A model generated the notes under the pieces. The model saw only the letters and a list, made by a program, of their open reading frames with translations. It ran no database searches and was not told the DNA's origin. This document shows positions 57,351 through 64,000 of a stretch of 64,000 nt of DNA, piece by piece. Positions within the stretch are counted from its first letter, which is position 1. Every line of letters begins with the position of its first letter. The translations under genes were made by a program, and so were the position numbers. Source of the DNA: Terrimicrobiaceae bacterium (GTDB lineage Bacteria; Verrucomicrobiota; Verrucomicrobiia; Chthoniobacterales; Terrimicrobiaceae); NCBI GenBank assembly GCA_041752695.1, contig JBGSVZ010000102.1, positions 1 to 64,000 on the forward strand, written 5' to 3'.

Positions 57351-59900
57351 TTAACGAACTTCGGCCCGGATCGGGATGTCGAGGTAGTAGAGGAAGATCG
57401 GCGGCTCGCCGGAGCCACCTTGGGAAAGTTTGCCGATATTGCCTGCCTGGGTCACAATCCGCAAAGTGGCGGAGTAAACGCCCGGCTTGTCGGCTCCCTT
57501 GAAGCCGATCAAAAATTCCTGGCGCTCCGGCTTCGGGCCGCCTTCGAGACCGCCTTTGCCATCGGTTCCCACGAATTTCAAAGCATTTGGATCGGCCGCT
57601 TGCGGACTCTGAAATTCAAAGAGGCGCGCTTCCGGTCCGATAAGCACGGCACCGACATGATCTGTGGGAGCCGCGAGTTTTTGTTCCTCACCGAAGGCAT
57701 CGGGCTGGAAGGAGGCCAACCCGTAGAGGATGGTCGCAACGGGCTGACCCGGAGTCTCCGCAAGCTGCTCGGCCCGGACATCGGCCTGACCATTCCACAC
57801 CGAACGCGGCGGGGAAGTGGCAGCCTGCCCGGACGGAAGTGTGCCAAAATCAATGGGGTCGTTGGAACTCAATTCAAGCGTCGGGCGAAGGATTTCCACG
57901 TCCGAAAGATTATCGAGAAGGACTGAGGCGCCAGAATCCTTGGACTGGTTGATGAAACGCACGCCGGCATTGCTGGGGAGCAGGATCAACTGGTCGAGTC
58001 CGACCTCGCTCATGCGTTGGACGATTCGGCGGGTGACAAACTCCTGCCCACGGACCGAGGCGGTACGCATGCCTCCCCAGGCTTGATAGCCGGAGCCCGA
58101 GGCATCCGCACAAAGGTTCATATACAACCTGCCCTCTGCATCTCCGGACTCGACAGACAGATCCGCCGAATAGGAAACCAGACAGCCTGGGCGGAGTGCC
58201 ACTTTCTGGAGAGGTGGCGCATTCCAATATCCTCCCACCCCAAGGGCGATCTTGGCGGCGCGAATGCAACTCTTACCGGACTCAGGAAACGCGATGGCAT
58301 GACGCCCGCCGCCCGTCCCTCCCTCAACGACCTTCGCTCCGTCCACCAGCGTCCACCAGGTCGGCACGCCTTTGCCGTCCAGCTCCTCAAAGCCGGGGTT
58401 GGGAAAGGAAAAAGCCCCACGGTCAGGCTGAGGCGACTGCGCCCAATCAACGTGTCGGAAGGGTGTGGCTGGAAGGCCCTCCTTATTTTCAAGCGTCGCC
58501 AGAGGATTGCCATCCCAGGCATAGCGCAGATGCACAGGATCCGGCACTTTCCCGGAGGTCACGATCACCGTGTCCCCGTCAATCCTTGCTTCGGCAGGAT
58601 GATATTCGAGGTTCTTGCCAGCGACCTCGAAACCCTCAAGCTTGTCACCCCGAATCTGGAGTCCAGAGCCAACTTCATCGAATGTCACGACAAACTCGTG
58701 ATTCCTACGGACAACATCTCGTGGAATCGGGCCGCTGGCGACAACCTCTTCACCATAGGCCACCTTTCGCGCTTGGAGGAGCAGGCGGTCCGCGATGGGC
58801 TCCTTCTTCTTAGGATGGATGTCATAGGTCTCACCGACATCAATTGCAATGGCCATGCCCGCCTTCGGCACGTTCTTCCAAACATCAAGCTGGGCCTCGC
58901 GCATCTCGGTCCAGGTCATGCGGTCCGTCAGCACCTTATATTCGGCCAGAGTCGCGGCATCCATGTCTATCCCGCTGGGGGGCGCTTGCACCGCAACGAA
59001 GCCAGGCAACTGAACAAATAAAAACGGCAGTTCCGGCCGTTGCCAAGCCTCGCGCCAGCAGGAAATCAGAGTGGGCATCAGTGTGCGAAACTGCGCGGCC
59101 CGGTTGGCGTTGTATTCGGCCTGATAGTAAAGAACGCCCCGCAAGGAATACGGCGCGATGGCCGAAATGACCCCATTGTAGAGCTCTGCGTCTTGTTTCA
59201 AGGCATCCCCAAAGACAGACTTCAAGCGCGGATCCCCCTCAAGCAGATCGCGACGCACCCAGCCCTCGGCAGGATAAATGGCGGTGTAGGTGATCATGCC
59301 GACCGGCACCTTCCCCTCGAAGTGCTTGAAGAGCTTGTGGGCAAACCAAAAACTCACCGCCGAATATCCTTTCGCAGGCGGGTTCCATACGGCCGGGATG
59401 TCGGTCTGCGGCTCCGGTTGAAATAAAAACGGGCCGAGTTGGTTGACCACGCGAATTTTGTCCACACCGTCGTTTTTATGGGCCTCGTAGTACGCCTCGC
59501 CGCCCTCCGCCTGATTCAATCCCATCATCATGTTAGACTGCCCGGCCGTGAACCACACCTCACCAACCAGCACATCTTGAATTGTGCGAGCATCGCCCGA
59601 TTTTGATGTGATCTGCATTTTGCGAGGCTCAAAACTAGCTGGCATCGGGTCGAGGACCACCTGCCAACGGCCATCGTGAGCAGCCATCGCGGATTTTTCC
59701 TGACCGGCAAAACGCACCGTTACGGAGTTACCCGGCTCAGACCACCCCCAAACCTGCACCGGCAAGTCCCTTTGAAGCACCATTCGATCGGAAAAAATCT
59801 GCGGCATTCGCAACTCGGCTTGCAGCGATCCACCAAGAATCAGCAGGAAAGAGATGATCCTACAGGATGTTCCATTCCATCGTTTGCTGGGAGATGACAT
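57351..59900 (-). CDS. sialate O-acetylesterase-family esterase with CBM-like and unrecognised C-terminal domains
   Basis: IFSDRMVLQR, GEVWFTAGQSNM, FLFVQLP, DIHP, GLPATPFR, then FPNPGFEE (CBM-like start). Confidence 0.88.
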   Translation of the reverse strand: MSSPSKRWNGTSCRIISFLLILGGSLQAELRMPQIFSDRMVLQRDLPVQVWGWSEPGNSVTVRFAGQEKSAMAAHDGRWQVVLDPMPASFEPRKMQITSKSGDARTIQDVLVGEVWFTAGQSNMMMGLNQAEGGEAYYEAHKNDGVDKIRVVNQLGPFLFQPEPQTDIPAVWNPPAKGYSAVSFWFAHKLFKHFEGKVPVGMITYTAIYPAEGWVRRDLLEGDPRLKSVFGDALKQDAELYNGVISAIAPYSLRGVLYYQAEYNANRAAQFRTLMPTLISCWREAWQRPELPFLFVQLPGFVAVQAPPSGIDMDAATLAEYKVLTDRMTWTEMREAQLDVWKNVPKAGMAIAIDVGETYDIHPKKKEPIADRLLLQARKVAYGEEVVASGPIPRDVVRRNHEFVVTFDEVGSGLQIRGDKLEGFEVAGKNLEYHPAEARIDGDTVIVTSGKVPDPVHLRYAWDGNPLATLENKEGLPATPFRHVDWAQSPQPDRGAFSFPNPGFEELDGKGVPTWWTLVDGAKVVEGGTGGGRHAIAFPESGKSCIRAAKIALGVGGYWNAPPLQKVALRPGCLVSYSADLSVESGDAEGRLYMNLCADASGSGYQAWGGMRTASVRGQEFVTRRIVQRMSEVGLDQLILLPSNAGVRFINQSKDSGASVLLDNLSDVEILRPTLELSSNDPIDFGTLPSGQAATSPPRSVWNGQADVRAEQLAETPGQPVATILYGLASFQPDAFGEEQKLAAPTDHVGAVLIGPEARLFEFQSPQAADPNALKFVGTDGKGGLEGGPKPERQEFLIGFKGADKPGVYSATLRIVTQAGNIGKLSQGGSGEPPIFLYYLDIPIRAEVR

Positions 59901-59974
59901 AGTAATATGATTCGCGAAGGGTTTTTATTGTTTCTGAATTATATCGGATCAGATTGCGTCTGAGTATAGCTGCT

Positions 59975-61033
59975 TTATTCCTCTGGCACTGGAACGGTCT
60001 CGCCAAGGAAGGACCCGTAGGCGATGGCAAGGACCGCGACTACCAGTGTGCCAAGCGATGCAACCAAGATGCGGTGAGTGCGTGGGCGGCAGGACCGCCA
60101 TTCGCGGAAGATGAGACCGACAAGTGCGCTGAAGAGCACCAGCATGATCATGTGAATCCCCCAACTCGCAAATTTAAACTCCCCCATGCGTGTGTGTCCG
60201 AGGCCGTAGAAGAAAAACTGCCCATACCAGAGTGTGCCTGTAAGCAGTGCGCAGGCGAAATTGAGCGGCAGATGAAGAACTGCTGCGCCTGACGGAAGGC
60301 GCACGTATTCACCAAAAGAGTTGTGCCGAGCGTGCAATGCAATGCAATACAAGGACGTGGTGAGAAAGGCTCCCGCGTTGGAGAAAATGTAGATGGCGTT
60401 TCCCTCGAAATGGCCCGCTCCATAACGCGCCGCGACGTCGGCAATGGGCTGGCCGGCAGCCAGCGAGAATCCGTAAACCGCAGAAAGCACCCCGGCCAGC
60501 GTACAGATGGGGAGTCCTTTGCGAAGATTGAAGGTTCCGGTGCTTCCCCGCAAATCACGCTCTTTCGACCGACCGGCCATCCCTGATAGGGCGATGCCCA
60601 AGCAACCGATCGCTATCCCGACAAAAATCCAGCCCGCGCCCGCCTTTGAGGCCAACTGGCCGAATTGCCCAGCCACGAGCGGAGGCAGGAGCGTGCCCAG
60701 CACACAGGAAATTCCAATGGCAATGGCGTACGTTAGCGAGAAGCCCAAGTGACGGATTGCTACTCCGAATGCCGTCCCCCCCACACCGTAGAGCATGCCA
60801 AGAAGGAAGGACTGGAACATCGCTGAACGAGGCGCTTCCACCAAAACTTGACCCAGTTCTGGAACGGTGAGCAGGGCAATAAAAACCGGCAGCAACAACC
60901 AGCACACGACTGCTTGAGCCAGCCAAAAACTCTGCCACGACCAACCGCGTGCCGCCCTCTGGGGCGTGTAACAAAAGGCAGCCGAGAGAGCTCCAATCGC
61001 ATGAAAGAAGATGCCAAAAATGGGACCCGTCAT
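59975..61033 (-). CDS. rhaT: L-rhamnose/proton symporter family protein
   Basis: H.IGA...A..Y.P....GWSWQSFW, LG.SL.YAIAIG....GTL.PP, LWYGQFFFYGLG, SW.IHM. Confidence 0.85.
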   Translation of the reverse strand: MTGPIFGIFFHAIGALSAAFCYTPQRAARGWSWQSFWLAQAVVCWLLLPVFIALLTVPELGQVLVEAPRSAMFQSFLLGMLYGVGGTAFGVAIRHLGFSLTYAIAIGISCVLGTLLPPLVAGQFGQLASKAGAGWIFVGIAIGCLGIALSGMAGRSKERDLRGSTGTFNLRKGLPICTLAGVLSAVYGFSLAAGQPIADVAARYGAGHFEGNAIYIFSNAGAFLTTSLYCIALHARHNSFGEYVRLPSGAAVLHLPLNFACALLTGTLWYGQFFFYGLGHTRMGEFKFASWGIHMIMLVLFSALVGLIFREWRSCRPRTHRILVASLGTLVVAVLAIAYGSFLGETVPVPEE

Positions 61034-61117
61034 GGCAAATTCACTTTAAGGTTGTGGAAATATTCCACGAATTCGCTGGCAGGTTCTTATGCACAATGGC
61101 CTCATGACTACGCAGAG

Positions 61118-63259
61118 TCACGAGACTAGGGCAGGCAGGATGGGCGAGTCCCCGCGTCTTTTCGTGGAGGCTTGGGTGGCAAGTGGATCACGGCGCAGAG
61201 CACCCTCCCGGTAGAGCCCAAAGAGCATGGCAAGCGTGGCCCCGGCGGCCCATGGAAACTCAGCGTGACCCGTGCCACTCCCTGTGAGAGGATCGTAGCA
61301 TTCATAGATCGTCTCGTGGCGCGAGACGACATCAAGAATCTTCAGCACGGCAGCATCGGCTTCGGCGTGCAGGCCGGCTTGATTCAGCGCTCCAACAAGG
61401 AAGTAATTGTAGTTCATCCAGCTGCGTCCCTGCCAATAGGATTGCTGGACAAGGGCACCAGGCCATCCCGGTGGTTCGTAAAGCGAGCCTCCGCTTCGGA
61501 ACGCCTCATGGGAGCGATCCATGGTCGCGAAAGGCATGGGAGTGTAAAATTTCTCCGGATTCAGCAAATACTTGCGACAGATCTGCCTGGCAATCGGCTC
61601 AGGCGCAATTCCTGCGAAGACGGGCAAAAAGCTGTCCGCTCCCACCATCCCCGAAAAGCGTCCATCGGTCGTCCGCCGGGTTTGGTAAATACCGGCCTCG
61701 GGATTAAAAAGCCGTTCGTGAATGAGAGATCGGAAATCACCGGCTCGAGATCGCCACGATGAAGCCTCCAGATCCCGTCCAAGTGTTGCAGCCATGAGGG
61801 CCAGTGCCTGCATCTCCAGATACAAGTGAGCGTTCAAATCCGGAGCCTCAAAAAGAAATTCTGTTTTCGCTCCCCAGTCCTTTTCAAACCACTTTTCCCC
61901 GGGTTTCAACGCGATGGGACAATCCTCCATCGTTGAAAGGGCATCATCAAGGCCGAGACAGCCTTCGCCCCTTGCAAAAGAACACAGACCAGAGGGTTCG
62001 CTCCAGTTATCCAACCACCAGTTCACATATCGGCAGAGAGCAGGATAGGCTTCCTCCAGCGCATCTAAGTTGGGGCTGAGCGTATGAAAGTTCCAGATTC
62101 CCCAGGCGAGGATTGGATTCTGCGCACCAGCTTCATACTGTCCATCGTGGTAGCGGTAGAACGGCCTCCCGTCGGGCTGGATGCCTTTACAAAGGTGGAG
62201 GAAAGAATTCCAGCCGGTCACGCTATCGTTCATCAGACCGCTGCCCAGTGCAGTAATACACGTGTCCCAGAACCACATAGCCTCCACACCGGCTTTTCCG
62301 CCATGGATAACCATCAGGCGCTCTCCATCCGGGGTTGTTTCCAGATACCGGCAGCTCTGGACGATACCTGCTGCGCGCAGTGCCAAAGGTTTGAATCGAG
62401 CCAAATGGGCCGGAACATCGGGCAGAGCCAGGTAATAGTCCTCCATTCGGCCGATGGCATCTCCAAGAGTGAAGGGAATTTCCGGCTTGGGAGCATCATT
62501 GAAGCGTACTTCAAAGTTCCACCGTTTTCTCTCCCCTCCCGCGAGCACAAAGTCCTGCCAGTCGGTCTCCAATTGGCCTTCCGCCTCGCGAAAGGGAAGG
62601 CCGCTCATCTCGGCGACCGCCTCGTATTCACTCAGGACCTTCTGACGGCAGGAATGGCGAAAACCCGACCTCCCGACGGTCAAGTGGTGCGCCAGCCCCG
62701 GCTCGGGGATCGAGATCCAGCGGGTTCGCACATCCACTGCCGCGCACGACACATTGTGCAGTTCATACTCAATCGCCAGCACGTCAGTGGACGAATAATA
62801 AATCACGCAACGCCCCCGTACGGGCGGAGCGGGACGACAGGTCGGAGCCGTGACGTGAAACAACTCCTCCACATGGGAGCGAAAGTAATTAATGCTCGCG
62901 TACGGTCGCAAGTGGACGGAACTGCCCGGAAACTCCCATTCTATCCCCAGCAGCTTTCGGAAAAGCAACCGGGCATCCAACTGGATGTGGGAGAAACATG
63001 CATCCGGTCCTGGCAAGGTTGCAAAATCCTTGAGTATGGAAAATCGACTCCCTTCGGCACGGAAAGCGAAATCGCTCCTAAACTCATCTGCAAGTTGATC
63101 CTGCGGCAGATGCCGGCAAAACCTCACCAAGTTCCAACTCTGGCGCGTCATCGCTGGAAGATCGTCATACATCCAAGCACAGTCTTTTTCCAAAGGCAGA
63201 GACGATCTGTCCGGGGAGGACTCAAACACGTCATCCTGGATTGTGGGACTTCTCATCAT
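61118..63259 (-). CDS. GH63/MGH1-like (alpha/alpha)6 glycoside hydrolase
   Basis: MWFWDT, QNPILAW, GLDD, DLNAHLY, YWQGRSWMNYNY, IYECYDPLTGSG. Confidence 0.82.
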   Translation of the reverse strand: MMRSPTIQDDVFESSPDRSSLPLEKDCAWMYDDLPAMTRQSWNLVRFCRHLPQDQLADEFRSDFAFRAEGSRFSILKDFATLPGPDACFSHIQLDARLLFRKLLGIEWEFPGSSVHLRPYASINYFRSHVEELFHVTAPTCRPAPPVRGRCVIYYSSTDVLAIEYELHNVSCAAVDVRTRWISIPEPGLAHHLTVGRSGFRHSCRQKVLSEYEAVAEMSGLPFREAEGQLETDWQDFVLAGGERKRWNFEVRFNDAPKPEIPFTLGDAIGRMEDYYLALPDVPAHLARFKPLALRAAGIVQSCRYLETTPDGERLMVIHGGKAGVEAMWFWDTCITALGSGLMNDSVTGWNSFLHLCKGIQPDGRPFYRYHDGQYEAGAQNPILAWGIWNFHTLSPNLDALEEAYPALCRYVNWWLDNWSEPSGLCSFARGEGCLGLDDALSTMEDCPIALKPGEKWFEKDWGAKTEFLFEAPDLNAHLYLEMQALALMAATLGRDLEASSWRSRAGDFRSLIHERLFNPEAGIYQTRRTTDGRFSGMVGADSFLPVFAGIAPEPIARQICRKYLLNPEKFYTPMPFATMDRSHEAFRSGGSLYEPPGWPGALVQQSYWQGRSWMNYNYFLVGALNQAGLHAEADAAVLKILDVVSRHETIYECYDPLTGSGTGHAEFPWAAGATLAMLFGLYREGALRRDPLATQASTKRRGDSPILPALVS

Positions 63260-63390
63260 GTGAACTCAAACTGTATTTCTACTGATGTCAATCCGATTTT
63301 GAAAATATCACTGTGTTCCCGGCAGAAAGACGCTCAACCGCTTCCTCACTTGATCAAATCGTGTCCAATACGTAAGAGTTCCCAATTACA

Positions 63391-64000
63391 GTGCCCTTAC
63401 CTTCCGACAAACCACCTTCGCCCCAGCGCCAAACCCGCAGAAAGCGCGACCAACTGGCTCCCCACTCCCAACGCCTTTCGGTCCCAGCCACCGACCAAGC
63501 CATCCTGAAAGAGTTGGAAACCTGGATTCTCGACGGACGCGTGGAACCAGGGCAACGGTTTCCTTCGATCAAAAAGATTCAAACCATGCTGCGCGTCGGG
63601 CAACTCGGCGTGAATTTGGCGATGGAGTCGCTCGCCCGCCGGGGTCTCGTCGAGACCCGCAGCAGGAGCGGGAATTATCTCCTTCCCAAAGCCAGGGAGA
63701 TTCTCGCGGCAGAGAATGGAGAGTCCCTGCAATCGGCCTGGATGCTGGACCACTACCTGCCATCAACCCGAAACAGCACTCTCACCGTTTTCACCATTGA
63801 CTGCATCGGGCGGATGCGAGGGGCGTGGAATCGCGCGGTGGCCGCGTTTGGGGAAAGCCACGGCTTTCACGTTCGCTTGCTGACCCCGAACGACGGACAC
63901 CTCGGCGACCTTCTTGAGAGCCAGAGTGTTGATGTCGTGCACACGACGCCCGAGATTCTCCAGTCGATTGGCTGGGACCGCTTCCAGGAAATTGACTCCG
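63391..64000 (+). CDS. GntR-family regulator, probably fused to a solute-binding domain; partial, runs off the window and is absent from the ORF track
   Basis: Manual translation: QAILKELETWILDGRVEPGQRFPSIKKIQTMLRVGQLGVNLAMESLARRGLVETRSRSGNY, then WNRAVAAF...VDVVH. Confidence 0.82.
   Translation, partial: MPLPSDKPPSPQRQTRRKRDQLAPHSQRLSVPATDQAILKELETWILDGRVEPGQRFPSIKKIQTMLRVGQLGVNLAMESLARRGLVETRSRSGNYLLPKAREILAAENGESLQSAWMLDHYLPSTRNSTLTVFTIDCIGRMRGAWNRAVAAFGESHGFHVRLLTPNDGHLGDLLESQSVDVVHTTPEILQSIGWDRFQEIDS

Larger units (their letters stand above)
22600..64000. mobile_element. integrative conjugative element / genomic island; right end not in window
   Basis: att fragment, tyrosine integrase, excisionase and T4SS operon. 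The att orientation implies the intact tRNA lies to the right; no second att copy was seen. Confidence 0.7.

Noticed and set aside
1..64000. CRISPR array, cas genes, prophage structural genes, rRNA
   Set aside because: No regularly spaced repeats or recognisable proteins of these kinds were seen by eye.

Overview
High-GC bacterial chromosome segment, probably from Verrucomicrobiota (inferred from two PEP-CTERM proteins, a TIGR03790-like protein and 'DPDGDG..N..EYA.G...RF.RL' modules). 1-5.2 kb is housekeeping: tRNA-Ser(GGA), the hom-thrC-lysC operon and a Mn-catalase. 5.3-22.5 kb is a cluster of large secreted proteins whose upstream regions share a palindrome, ATCACA-N2-TGTGAT (5 copies). 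At 22.6 kb a tRNA-Val-like 3' fragment (att) marks the left end of an integrative conjugative element that probably runs past the right edge of the window. It carries a tyrosine integrase, a DUF4062 defence-candidate gene, an excisionase and a compact, divergent VirB2-VirB10-like T4SS. No relaxase, VirD4 or VirB11 is visible. The transfer operon is headed by an XRE gene and preceded by a LytTR-type direct-repeat box lying next to a LytS/LytTR two-component pair. The cargo is a ~26-kb carbohydrate-utilisation locus: GH95-like, GH36-like and GH63-like hydrolases, esterases, SSS and RhaT transporters, unclassified secreted proteins and a GntR regulator. An intact IS3-family element (40141-41645, 3-bp target duplication) splits the GH95-like gene in frame. 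All calls come from reading motifs by eye; no database searches were run.
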